Source of the DNA: Deltaproteobacteria bacterium
Lineage (GTDB): Bacteria; Myxococcota_A; Polyangia; Polyangiales; Houyiibacteriaceae
Assembly: GCA_034670305.1 (NCBI GenBank)
Contig: JAXMNT010000018.1
Coordinates: 73,071-137,070 of the forward strand
Direction of reading: 5' to 3'
DNA length: 64,000 nucleotides
The translations under genes and the position numbers were made by a program. Shown one piece after another: positions 8,795-18,509 of the stretch. The notes beneath the pieces are model-generated. The model was not told the DNA's origin and did no database searches. It saw only the letters and a program-made list of their open reading frames with translations. Position 1 is the first letter of the stretch. Every line of letters starts with the position of its first letter.

Positions 8795-9448
8795 ATGAAA
8801 CGACGAACCCTCACTTCACTTCTGTCCGCGGTCGCCCTGCTCGGCACGTGGGCATTCGCCACCACCGCCCACGCCCAGCGCGACAACGGCCGCATGACGA
8901 TCCGCGCCGACGTCGGGGTGCTCGGCTACTCGGAACTCATCGACGAGGACAACCCCGACAACCGGGTCTACGAAGACCTCGACGAGACATTCGGCATGTC
9001 CCTCGCTGTCGAGCGCCCCTTCCACCGCTTCGGCTGGGTGGGCTTTCAGATCGGCGCCCACGGGTGGCGCCCCGAGACCAGCGACGGCTACGAGCTGCGC
9101 CGCAACGTGTACGTCGACGCCGACTTCCTCCCCACCCTGCGCGTCCCCTTTCAGCGTGACCCGCACGGCAGCGCGTTCTACGCCGGCGGCGTCCTCGGCT
9201 TCACCGGCGCCTTCCTCCGAGACGAGTACTCGAACGCCTTCGCCCGCGCCGACCACGGCTTCGGATTGCACGCAGGCCTCCGCGCCGGCGTCGAGATCCT
9301 CGTGCACCGTGGCGGCATCGTCGCGGAGTTCGGCTACGACGTCCGCGTCACCCGCCACCGCGTCGACCGCCCCGTCTTCAACGACGACGCCGTCGCCCTC
9401 GTCTTCCGCCAACCCCGCTTCAGCCTAGGCTTCGTGACCCGCTACTGA
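8795..9448 (+). CDS. Putative outer-membrane beta-barrel protein
   Basis: Signal peptide (TTAHA), amphipathic strands, C-terminal aromatic residue. Confidence 0.72.
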   Translation: MKRRTLTSLLSAVALLGTWAFATTAHAQRDNGRMTIRADVGVLGYSELIDEDNPDNRVYEDLDETFGMSLAVERPFHRFGWVGFQIGAHGWRPETSDGYELRRNVYVDADFLPTLRVPFQRDPHGSAFYAGGVLGFTGAFLRDEYSNAFARADHGFGLHAGLRAGVEILVHRGGIVAEFGYDVRVTRHRVDRPVFNDDAVALVFRQPRFSLGFVTRY

Positions 9449-9517
9449 CCTTCTCCGCGGAATCGATCGAACGATGCGACGCCCCTCCTGTAGAGGCGTC
9501 GCATGCTTCGTTCTCGG

Positions 9518-10828
9518 TCAGTCCGCCGGTGGTGTCGCGGGCTCTGCCGGTGGCGGGCAGGCGAGGTCGACGATCGAGAGGGTCTCGGTCGCCGGGCCGT
9601 CGGTGCCCTGCTGCCGCGTCACCCGGATCCGGCCCGAGCCAGCGGAGGCCAAGCTCCAGCTCGCGACTTCTTCGATCGCGTTCAGATCTTCGCAGCAGTC
9701 CCAGTAGTCGGAGTACACGACGTCGTCGTCGCAGTCGCAGTCGACCCACTCGCCGTCGTAGTAGAACGTCAGCACCTCGACCGCGCCGTAGAGCACGGGG
9801 CGGCCGTCTTGCCAGCCGACGAAGCCGCGGACGGTGCTGCCCATCTCGTTGGCGATGCCTTCTTCGCGTCCGTGCCACGCTTCCCGCACCTCGAAGTCGA
9901 GCTCGGGGCGGCCCCCCGCGATCCACTGCCGCGCGTGGACTTCGTCGTACTGATAGTCCGCGCCCTCGTCGGACATCACGAAACACGCATACCAAGCGTC
10001 GTCGTCCGGCACCGCGAGGAAGATGCCCTCCTCCATACCGAGCTCGCCCGACACGCCGCCCCGAAACAAGAACGGAGACGTCCCTTCGACGCCCTGGTTG
10101 GTCTCGGCGGTGTCCCGGCCGTAGTGCTGCGCGACGAGCGTCGCGAGGACCGTGTCGTCTGGACCACGGGCCGGACCGACGCAAGCGCGGGGGGCACAGG
10201 TCGAGCTCGGCGGCGGCGCATCAAGCGCGTCGAGCCGTCCCTGCACGACGCGGTTGCCCGGCCGCACCTCGAGCGACTCGCGGTAGTACGCCGCGGCCGC
10301 GGTGGGGTCGCTCTCTTCGGCCACCCGGCCGAGGTTGTAGAGGCACGCGCCGAGCGTGTTCGATTCGTTCTCCCGAACCTCGGCCCGCCGCCGCAACATC
10401 GCCGCGCCCCGCCGGAGCTCCGGACCGGCCAGCGCGAGGTTGCCGGCCTGGTAGTGTGCCCAGCCGAGTTCACAGCGCGCCGACGCGCTGTCGTTTTTCG
10501 CGATCGACGCCTGGAACTGCGTCACCGCCTCCGCCCAGTCGCCCGCCCGCCCCGCCACTCGGCCGGCACGAAGCGCGGTCCGGGCTTCCCGTGTCTGGTC
10601 GAGTTCCGCCGGCGTCGGCGCGGCGGGTTTCGCCGGCGGCGTCGGCGCTTCGGCCGTGGTGGGCGCCGCGGTGTCCACCGTTTCCTCGGGTGGCGCTTCG
10701 TCCGGCGCGGTCTCCGTCGAAGGCGTCTCCGACGCTGCGACCGGCGCGGCCGGATCCGCATCGCCACAGCCATCGCACCCAACAGTCAGAACAAGGAACG
10801 TGAGGACCAGCCCAAGGGAAGTACGCAT
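9518..10828 (-). CDS. TPR-containing lipoprotein
   Basis: Lipobox LTVGC, Pro/Ala linker, TPR helices (CLYNLGRVAE...AAAAYYRESLEVRP). Confidence 0.75.
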   Translation of the reverse strand: MRTSLGLVLTFLVLTVGCDGCGDADPAAPVAASETPSTETAPDEAPPEETVDTAAPTTAEAPTPPAKPAAPTPAELDQTREARTALRAGRVAGRAGDWAEAVTQFQASIAKNDSASARCELGWAHYQAGNLALAGPELRRGAAMLRRRAEVRENESNTLGACLYNLGRVAEESDPTAAAAYYRESLEVRPGNRVVQGRLDALDAPPPSSTCAPRACVGPARGPDDTVLATLVAQHYGRDTAETNQGVEGTSPFLFRGGVSGELGMEEGIFLAVPDDDAWYACFVMSDEGADYQYDEVHARQWIAGGRPELDFEVREAWHGREEGIANEMGSTVRGFVGWQDGRPVLYGAVEVLTFYYDGEWVDCDCDDDVVYSDYWDCCEDLNAIEEVASWSLASAGSGRIRVTRQQGTDGPATETLSIVDLACPPPAEPATPPAD

Positions 10829-10914
10829 GCGCAAGACGCTACACCAGAGTTCGAGAATCGGGATTGCATAAGGCACCGCCTCGGTGACCGTGCCCACGTA
10901 TTCTCTTGCGCAGG

Positions 10915-11859
10915 ATGACCTTGAAGATCCCATGGTCCGTTGGACCCATCGAGCTGGTCGATGCGTCGGCAGACCGGCTACTCGTTCGGACCGCGGAGGG
11001 TCTGTGCGCCGCAGGTGCGGCTGGGTGGGAGAACCGTTCGGTAGTGGTACCTGCGGGGGACCTGGCGCACCGCCTCGACGACGGCCGTGTGGTCGTCCAA
11101 GTCGGAGAGCAGAGCGTTGCGTGGGACGGCGCTGGGTGCTCGGACCTTCCCGACCGGACCCGCGTCCTGGCAACACGTGGCGAGGAGTCGGTGCTGGTCC
11201 ATTTCGCCGAACACAGCGGCATCACGCATCAGATCGGTGCGCGTCGTGTCGCTTTGGACGTGCCCGACTTCGTGGAGCCACTGCTGATCACGAACGGCGG
11301 TCGGCTCGGCATGATCGAGGACACCCGGATCGTATTGGCGCTGCACTCGGAACTGGTCGTCGTCGACAAAGCAACATGCCGCGTCGCACGTCGGGCCGAG
11401 ATGGCCGGACTCGTCTCTGGCCTGCAACCGTGCAGAGATCGTCTGCTCGTATGGGTCGATGCATTGAACGGTGAAGACTTCGTCTTGGAACTGAGACCAG
11501 AAGACCTAGTCGCTCAGCGACGGGTGACGTGGCCGCCAAGTCTGGGCTCGGCGCTGTTCGCGTTGGTCCTTCCGGACGGGAGTCTCGTCTGCAGGGACGG
11601 CGACGGATGGAAGCTCGGCTTGGTGTCGAACATCTGGCACCCCCGCGTCGAGAACCGGTGGGTCGCACTCGACTGGGACCGTCGACCGCCGGAGGCCCTG
11701 GTCGATGTTCATCCTCCGTGCCCGCATTTCCCCGAGGCCATGGCGCTCCCGTATCAGAACGGTGTCGTCGTGCCCTCGCGCTGCGGAGGATGGCTGTGGG
11801 TCGAAGTCGAACGCGGTCACGTCCAAGACGAGTTGTTGCTGATCGAGCGCACGGCGTAG
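10915..11859 (+). CDS. Hypothetical protein, probably beta-propeller-like
   Basis: Long ORF rich in short beta-strands. Confidence 0.6.
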   Translation: MTLKIPWSVGPIELVDASADRLLVRTAEGLCAAGAAGWENRSVVVPAGDLAHRLDDGRVVVQVGEQSVAWDGAGCSDLPDRTRVLATRGEESVLVHFAEHSGITHQIGARRVALDVPDFVEPLLITNGGRLGMIEDTRIVLALHSELVVVDKATCRVARRAEMAGLVSGLQPCRDRLLVWVDALNGEDFVLELRPEDLVAQRRVTWPPSLGSALFALVLPDGSLVCRDGDGWKLGLVSNIWHPRVENRWVALDWDRRPPEALVDVHPPCPHFPEAMALPYQNGVVVPSRCGGWLWVEVERGHVQDELLLIERTA

Positions 11860-11863
11860 TTGG

Positions 11864-12631
11864 CTAGCTCGGGATGCCGAGGCCGGGCCAGAGCACTCGG
11901 TCTTCTTCGATCTCGCGCATGAACCACTCGTGGTGGCCGCGGGCGAGGACCCACTCGATGCGGTCGCCGCGCCAGAAGATCTTCTTGCGTTCGACGTCGA
12001 GCGCCGAGGGATCGGAGAGGTACTCCTTGGTGCGGCTGAGATCGCCGGCGAAGAGTGCGTCGGCGCGGCAGCGTTTGTACCAGCCGAGCAACTTTGGAAA
12101 CCGCGCGCCGTCGATGGGCACGCCGAGCAGCTTTGTCGCGGACAGGTGCGGGAAGAGCGCCATGTCCGCGACCGAGACCTCTCCGCAGACGAAGTCGCCT
12201 TCGAGCGCGGCTTCGAGCGCTTCGTAGATCGTGTCCATGTCCGCGCGTGCGGCATCGAGCAGGCCCTGGGGACGCTGGTCGTTTCGAATCGCCCAGGTCC
12301 AATACGAGATGTCGATCAAGATGGGATCGATGGTCGAGTCCGCGCACCGCTCCCACGCGCGCGCCTTCACCCAACCGGCATGGTCCGCCGGAAACACCGG
12401 CCGCTCGGGAAACACCCGCTCGAGGTACGCGACGATGTCGGCCGAGTTCACCACGACCACTCCGTCGTGCACGATCGTCGGCACTTCGACCCGCCCGTTG
12501 ACCCCCAGCAGCTGGTCTCGGTTGCCGAGGCTCAACCCATCGATCGCTTCGTACTCGATGCCTTTGTGCTCGAGCACCATGCGCACCTTGCGGGCAAACG
12601 GACTGAACGCGTTCTCGTAGAATGTCAGCAT
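11864..12631 (-). CDS. Glutathione S-transferase family protein
   Basis: SPFARKVRMVLEHKG, NGRVEVPTI, NSADIVAYLE, SVADMAL. Confidence 0.9.
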   Translation of the reverse strand: MLTFYENAFSPFARKVRMVLEHKGIEYEAIDGLSLGNRDQLLGVNGRVEVPTIVHDGVVVVNSADIVAYLERVFPERPVFPADHAGWVKARAWERCADSTIDPILIDISYWTWAIRNDQRPQGLLDAARADMDTIYEALEAALEGDFVCGEVSVADMALFPHLSATKLLGVPIDGARFPKLLGWYKRCRADALFAGDLSRTKEYLSDPSALDVERKKIFWRGDRIEWVLARGHHEWFMREIEEDRVLWPGLGIPS

Positions 12632-12718
12632 GGCCGACAGACTACGCGCTCGCGCGCGGGGATGCAGTCGATGGTAAGATCTCCATACGACGGCCATCCC
12701 CGCCCTCTGGTGTAGGCG

Positions 12719-14065
12719 ATGGCTTCGTTCGTAGGCGGTCCTTGGATGCAGACGATCCCAGAGGAAGAAGAGGTCGAAGAGGTCGATCCGCTGCTCGGGG
12801 CCGTGCTCGCGGACACCTATCGGCTCGACGCGCTGCTGGCCGAGGGCGGCATGAGTCGCCTCTACCGCGGCTACCACTTGCGGCTCGAGCAGCCCGTCGC
12901 GGTCAAGGTGAGCACCGCGTCACGCTCCGGCCGGTCGTCCTCCGCCGAACGGGCCGCCCGCGAAGCGCGGATCCTGGCCGGCATCCGCAGCGACCACGTC
13001 GTGCGGGTGCTGGATCTCTGCGAGACGCCAGATCGTCGACCGGTGATGGTGACGGAGCTTCTCGAGGGCATGGACCTCGCGCAACGGATCGCGGAATCGA
13101 AGCGTCTGTCGCTCGACGCCGCGATCCACATCGGCATCGGCATCTGCAGCGGCGTGGCTTTGGCGCACGCGCGTGGTCTGGTGCACCGCGACCTGAAGCC
13201 GTCGAACATCTTCCTTGCCCGGGACGGCGAGGACGAAGTCGTGAAGGTGATCGACTTCGGGGTCGCCAAGCAGGAAGGCGCCGCGACGTTGACGCAGGAC
13301 GGCGCGTTCCTCGGCACGCCCAGTTTCATGGCGCCCGAACAGGCCTCGCGTCCTTCGGACGTGGACGCGCGCGCGGACATCTACGCCGTCGGCGCGATCC
13401 TCTACAACATGGTCGCCGGGGTCATGCCGTACGGAACGCACGAACCCCACAAGACCTTGATGCTCTTGATGACCGAACCGCCCCCCGCCCTCGACTCGGT
13501 TGCGAAGGACATCCCGCCCGCGTTCGTGGAAGTCGTGGAGGCCGCCATGGCGCGTGCGCCCGAAGACCGCGTCGCCACCGCCGCGGAGCTCGGCCGCCGA
13601 CTCGAACAACTGCGCGGCGCGATTGGGACCGCACCGGGCGTGCGATGGGCCCGGCTGCGCGCGCTCATCACCGCACTCGTCGCGGCCGTCGCGGCTGGCA
13701 CCTGGGCTGCGGCGCTCGCGTGGGTGGTCACCGCAGGGTGGTCCGACGTGACCGAATGGAGCGGCACCGGCCAGCTCGCATTCCGCGCCATCGGACCGGC
13801 CGTCGCCCTCTTCGCGTCCGGCCTCTTCTTCCGCTCCGTCGCGCGCGCCTGGTCCAGCCGGAGCCGACTGCTCCAGACCACCACCCGCCTCACCCGATCC
13901 CTCGCGGTCGGCCTCTCCGTCTACGCCATCGCCTCGGTCGCCGGCATCGCCGCGCACGGATGGATCCTCGACGCCGCCGAACTCTTCCCCTTCGAACACC
14001 TGAGCAGCCTCCTGCTCGGCGCCACCGCCACCCTCATCTACACCCTCCGCCGCAGGCGCACGTAA
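12719..14065 (+). CDS. Hanks-type Ser/Thr protein kinase with C-terminal TM helices
   Basis: VAVK, HRDLKPSN, DFG, GTPSFMAPE. Confidence 0.93.
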   Translation: MASFVGGPWMQTIPEEEEVEEVDPLLGAVLADTYRLDALLAEGGMSRLYRGYHLRLEQPVAVKVSTASRSGRSSSAERAAREARILAGIRSDHVVRVLDLCETPDRRPVMVTELLEGMDLAQRIAESKRLSLDAAIHIGIGICSGVALAHARGLVHRDLKPSNIFLARDGEDEVVKVIDFGVAKQEGAATLTQDGAFLGTPSFMAPEQASRPSDVDARADIYAVGAILYNMVAGVMPYGTHEPHKTLMLLMTEPPPALDSVAKDIPPAFVEVVEAAMARAPEDRVATAAELGRRLEQLRGAIGTAPGVRWARLRALITALVAAVAAGTWAAALAWVVTAGWSDVTEWSGTGQLAFRAIGPAVALFASGLFFRSVARAWSSRSRLLQTTTRLTRSLAVGLSVYAIASVAGIAAHGWILDAAELFPFEHLSSLLLGATATLIYTLRRRRT

Positions 14066-14107
14066 GCTCGGCGCCGAAGCCAGAAGCCCGCGCGGTATGC
14101 TGCGGCG

Positions 14108-14929
14108 ATGATCATCGACGCTTGGATTCAGCATCCGTCGCCACAGATGTTGGCCGACCCCATGTTCGATGCGATCAAACGCTGGGTCGGCGGGACCATG
14201 CCGGAGTCGATTCCGTTTTCGTTCACGCTCTCCCAGATGGACGCAGCGGGCGTCGACCAAGCGCTCGCGTGCGCGTGGCACGGACCGCAGGGCGCATTGA
14301 TACGCAACGACGAGGTCGCCGCGCTGGTGGCGCACGCGCCGACGCGTTTTGTCGGGGTCGCGAGCGTCGACATCCGCAAACCCATGGAAGCGGTCCGTGA
14401 GTTGCGCCGCTGCGTGAAGGAGCTCGGGTTCAAAGCGCTTCGGCTCTTGCCCTGGCTCTGGGAGGCGCCGCCCGACGACCGCCGCTACTACCCGCTCTAC
14501 GCCGAGTGCGTGCAGCTCGGCATTCCGTTCTGTCTCCAGGTCGGTCACGCTGGCCCGCTCTACCCCAGCGATCCCGGCCGGCCGATCCCGTATCTGGACC
14601 GCGTCGCGCTCGACTTTCCGGAGCTCGTGATCGTCGGCGGCCACATCGGCTACCCGTGGACCGAAGAGATGATCGCGCTCGCGACCAAGTACGAGAACGT
14701 CTACATCGACACGAGCGCGTACAAGCCGAGCCGCTACCCCGAAACGCTGGTGAAGTTCATGCAGAAACGCGGGCGGACCAAGGTGCTCTTCGGAAGCAAC
14801 TTCCCGATGCTCTTCCCCAAAGCGTGCCTGGACCAACTCGACCGCCTGGACCTCGACGACGAAGCCCGCGACCTGTTCCTCGGCGGCAACGCAGCGCGGG
14901 TCTTCGGTCTGCGCAGTCCACCGCGGTGA
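14108..14929 (+). CDS. Amidohydrolase family protein (Amidohydro_2-like)
   Basis: IIDAW, GGHIGYPW, NVYIDTSA, KVLFGSNFP. Confidence 0.88.
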   Translation: MIIDAWIQHPSPQMLADPMFDAIKRWVGGTMPESIPFSFTLSQMDAAGVDQALACAWHGPQGALIRNDEVAALVAHAPTRFVGVASVDIRKPMEAVRELRRCVKELGFKALRLLPWLWEAPPDDRRYYPLYAECVQLGIPFCLQVGHAGPLYPSDPGRPIPYLDRVALDFPELVIVGGHIGYPWTEEMIALATKYENVYIDTSAYKPSRYPETLVKFMQKRGRTKVLFGSNFPMLFPKACLDQLDRLDLDDEARDLFLGGNAARVFGLRSPPR

Positions 14930-15072
14930 CGCGCGCCCACGCGCCCGAAGGTCACGCCCTGGGCGCTGGCGCGACCAACCCATGCGGGGCCTTTTGTGCC
15001 GCCTGGAACTCCGCGACGGCTTGGACCGTTCGCTCTGAAACCGCCGCATCGCGGCCAACCACGGAACACGAC

Positions 15073-15540
15073 ATGAAGATCGACATCGGCATCGAACAAG
15101 AGAAACGCGCAGAGATCGCCAAAGGGCTCTCCCGCGTGCTCGCGGACTCCTACACCCTCTACCTCAAGACCCACAACTTCCACTGGAACGTCACCGGTCC
15201 CATGTTCCAGACCCTGCACTTGATGTTCGAGACCCAGTACACCGAGCTCGCGCTCGCCGTGGATCTGGTCGCCGAGCGCATCCGCGCCCTCGGCTTCCCG
15301 GCGCCGGGCACCTACCGCGAGTTCGCGGAGCTCTCCGCCATCGACGAAGAAGTCGGCGTGCCCGCCGCGCAAGACATGATCCACAAACTCGTCGCCGCCC
15401 ACGAGACCGTGGCGCGGACCAGCCGCGAGGTCTTCAAGATCAGCGAAGCCGTCAGCGACCAGCCCACCTGCGATCTGCTCACCCAGCGCATGCAGGTCCA
15501 CGAGAAGACCGCGTGGATGCTGCGCAGCCTGCTCGAGTGA
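15073..15540 (+). CDS. dps: Dps family protein (second paralogue)
   Basis: LYLKTHNFHWNVTGPMFQTLHLMFETQY...VAERIRALG...HEKTAWML. Confidence 0.95.
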   Translation: MKIDIGIEQEKRAEIAKGLSRVLADSYTLYLKTHNFHWNVTGPMFQTLHLMFETQYTELALAVDLVAERIRALGFPAPGTYREFAELSAIDEEVGVPAAQDMIHKLVAAHETVARTSREVFKISEAVSDQPTCDLLTQRMQVHEKTAWMLRSLLE

Positions 15541-15728
15541 GGGGTCCCGCACGGCGGGGAGTCAAGGGCGGCAGCCTTAGATGTCGAACCAGAGTCGTGA
15601 ACAGCGTGAGCGTTGCGCGAGCCCGACGTCTTCCATCTCGCATCCATGCAGCACGGGAACGCGCCGGCCAGCCCGCGCAGGGTGGAAGAACGTACGAGCA
15701 CGTCCATCGTGCGCGCGCCCATCCAAGC

Positions 15729-15794
15729 CCGTCACTACTCGACGGTCGATCCCAGTGGGCCTCCGAGAAGCTCGCAGAGCTGCTCGAAGGGTGA
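15729..15794 (+). pseudogene. 3' stump of an integrase nearly identical to the end of 31327-32502
   Basis: Matches 32427-32502 with an ~10-bp deletion; ends ...ASEKLAELLEG*. Confidence 0.8.
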
Positions 15795-15950
15795 GTGCAA
15801 AACCGTCGGGGGACTGGTCGGGGGACTGGCCTCAGTCCGCCGCGCGAAGTTCGGCCCCTGTCAGATACGAGTGAGGCCGGTCTCCTGTTGGAGCCGGCCT
15901 CTGGAAACGCTTGAAATCTAGTGCTTATCGAGCAGCTGGACTTCGGGTTG

Positions 15951-15997
<47 letters not shown>

Positions 15998-16208
15998 AGT
16001 CGCAGGTCGTCCAACAAACACAACAAAACAGGCCCGAAACGGCCTTCGCACGATCACGGACGACCACAGACGGACACCAAGGACAGTCCCCCGCTCCACC
16101 CAACAGCGCTCCACACTTAGGACTCACGGTCCATCTCCATGGCGGATTGCGGAACACGGTTGGTAGCTCGCGTTCTGGAGCAACGACGTATCCAGAACTT
16201 CGTGGCGA

Positions 16209-18344
16209 TCAGTAGCCGATGCGCGCTGCCGCTTTCGAGAGCCGTGCCGCTACGTGGTCCCAAGGATCGTCTTCCGCCCGCTTGAAGGCAACTGCCATCG
16301 CTTCCGCTGCCGCCGCGAGTTCGGGCATCTCACCCTTGTACGTTGAAGCGAGGCGCTGAAGCTTGCCCACCGGCGCCTTCCCAATGACGTCGTGTGCCGC
16401 CTTCCGATGCTCGCGGAGCAAGCTGCTGATGACCTGCGCGTGTGCTGCCGCGTCGATGAGTGTGAGGAGCGGTTGTTCCTTCCTCTTGTGCTCGCGGAGC
16501 TGGCGCAGGTGGACCAGGGTCGTTTCGGCCTTCTTCCGTTCTCCTCGCGCAGCTTGGATTCGAGCCAGATGCCGACGCAGGCCATGCGCGGGATACGGCT
16601 TGTCGTCATCGGTCACCCAATCGAGCGCGTCGAGCTTCGCTCGGTCCACTGCAGCGCCCAGCTCTTCGAGATCGCCCGACGGGTTCTCCAGCATGTGAGC
16701 CACCAGTCGGGCCCAGTGCAGCGCACCGAAGCCCTGAGGGATGCCCGTGAGCCGGTTGACCTCATCGGCGATGGCAGTGTGGCTCGGGTCAACACCGAGT
16801 GCGGTCGCCAGGTGCGCCAGTGCGCAATCGAAGTCGCCGGCGTACGTCTCGAGCTGGGCGCGGTATTGATGCTGCTGGGCGACGTCGTGGGGTGCGTCGA
16901 ACTCCGCGAGTGCTGCTTCACTCAGCGCTCTCGCTTTGGCGAAGGCCTCCGGCTCACGGAGCCCCCGGTACATCTCGGCTTGCATCGCGGTTCCCAGCGC
17001 TCGCGCACGTTGGTCGGAGCCGACCTCCTCAGGGAAGACTTCCGGTAGGAGGGTGTTGAAGAGGCTGCCAAGCTCGCCGTAGTAGTCCGCGACCAAGCGG
17101 GCCCGCCGCGACGCCACCTCGTGCTCGAAGCAATCGGTGAGGTGGACTGCTTGGTGGGTGAGCGCGTCGAGGATCGGCTCGGCGTGCTCCCAGCGTCCCC
17201 CGAGTTCGTGGACAGCGTCGTCGATCGCTTTGCACGCTTCGCGCGCGGTCTTTGGCTCGCCTGCATGGTTGGCGGCAGTCAGGTCGTATCTGTGTACGAC
17301 CAATCGATGCGCCGCGAGTGCCGGGTCGCGTTCAGGCACCCACTTCTGCAATGGCTTCATCACGTCCTTCTGAATCCACTGGATCAGCTGTTTCGCGAGG
17401 ACCGAATCGCGGCGCTCCTCGGCGACCGAGTGGAGCCAATCCTCGAGAGCACGAAGCTGAATGCGTCGAGACGCCGCCGGCAACATGCCGAGCTGTTCGA
17501 GGAGTTTCGCCCGCAAGCTGCTGAGTCGCCGGCGGGGTTCGTCCATGAGTCGATCCGCGACGAGCTCTTCCCCGACTGCACGTAGTGCAAGTCCTACGGC
17601 GCCTTCTTCCGCTGCGGCGCGGGCACGTCGTTCCACGTCGACCGAAGCCACGCTGACGTCGTACTCACCAAACGCACTACGAACGGTGCGCTTGGCGGAC
17701 TCGCCCAGTCTATAGTACCCATCATGGCTCGCGTTGCTCAGAACGTCGCAGATCTGGAGCCGCCGATCAGTGCGACCAGATCCCAGCTCCACACCCTCAA
17801 CTTGCCAGAGTGCCGATGTCGCCGCGTGGCCGCGGCGGGCACTGACGTCGCCGAGTCGGCTACGAACGGCTGAGAGGTATCGGTTGCGCTCGATCTGAAC
17901 TCCGCCCTTCACCATGTAGCGCGCGGCGAAGAGTCTGAGTGTGACCTGCTCTCCGCTTACCGATGGCGCGAGCCGTTCGAAGATCCGCGCACAGAGTTCC
18001 GCGACCAGCGTGACGTAGGTGTTGGAGATCGAGTCTTCGGCCAGGCGCTCGCGGTTCTCGAAACGGACGGGCTGCCAACCCAGCTCCACGACACCGTTGG
18101 CGACCTCAGTGGCGAGCGTGTCGTAGCGTTCACCACGGCCGAGTTCCGTCGCGTGTAGCAGCTTCTCGAGAGTGCTGCCGTTCGCGCCTGTTGCAGCACG
18201 GAGGAGTGCTTCCGCCCGCTTCTCGGTCACGTGACCGGCCGGGCCGAAGAAGCCGACCAACTGACTCGCGAACGGGACGTCTCCGTCTCTCTCTCCCTCT
18301 TCGAACTTCCCGCTCTCGTCCAAGCACAACTGATAGGTCTTCAT
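16209..18344 (-). CDS. RNase H-fold (DUF3800-like) domain plus TPR-like helical region; candidate defence protein
   Basis: LCLDESG, LHATEL, LQICDVLSN; remaining ~480 aa are helical repeats (RARALGTAMQAE, QQHQYRAQLE); alternative start at 18371. Confidence 0.65.
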   Translation of the reverse strand: MKTYQLCLDESGKFEEGERDGDVPFASQLVGFFGPAGHVTEKRAEALLRAATGANGSTLEKLLHATELGRGERYDTLATEVANGVVELGWQPVRFENRERLAEDSISNTYVTLVAELCARIFERLAPSVSGEQVTLRLFAARYMVKGGVQIERNRYLSAVRSRLGDVSARRGHAATSALWQVEGVELGSGRTDRRLQICDVLSNASHDGYYRLGESAKRTVRSAFGEYDVSVASVDVERRARAAAEEGAVGLALRAVGEELVADRLMDEPRRRLSSLRAKLLEQLGMLPAASRRIQLRALEDWLHSVAEERRDSVLAKQLIQWIQKDVMKPLQKWVPERDPALAAHRLVVHRYDLTAANHAGEPKTAREACKAIDDAVHELGGRWEHAEPILDALTHQAVHLTDCFEHEVASRRARLVADYYGELGSLFNTLLPEVFPEEVGSDQRARALGTAMQAEMYRGLREPEAFAKARALSEAALAEFDAPHDVAQQHQYRAQLETYAGDFDCALAHLATALGVDPSHTAIADEVNRLTGIPQGFGALHWARLVAHMLENPSGDLEELGAAVDRAKLDALDWVTDDDKPYPAHGLRRHLARIQAARGERKKAETTLVHLRQLREHKRKEQPLLTLIDAAAHAQVISSLLREHRKAAHDVIGKAPVGKLQRLASTYKGEMPELAAAAEAMAVAFKRAEDDPWDHVAARLSKAAARIGY

Positions 18345-18509
18345 GTCGTCCCCCGCTTCGTTCCATTGCATGGCGCGTAGGCCTCGGCCTTGTGCCGGCC
18401 AGCCCCTCGCGCGACTACCCCAACGCGTAGGCTAGTACGCGGGCTCCTTGAACTGGAGGCGTCCGACTCGTGAGGTGTCAGGTCTTGATTCGCAGAACGT
18501 CTACTCGGC

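Noticed and set aside
12920-15058. 712-aa minus-strand ORF
   Set aside because: Antisense to the kinase and the amidohydrolase
18472-18494. Possible WYL-type operator between the divergent island genes
   Set aside because: Palindrome too imperfect, and no WYL regulator in the window
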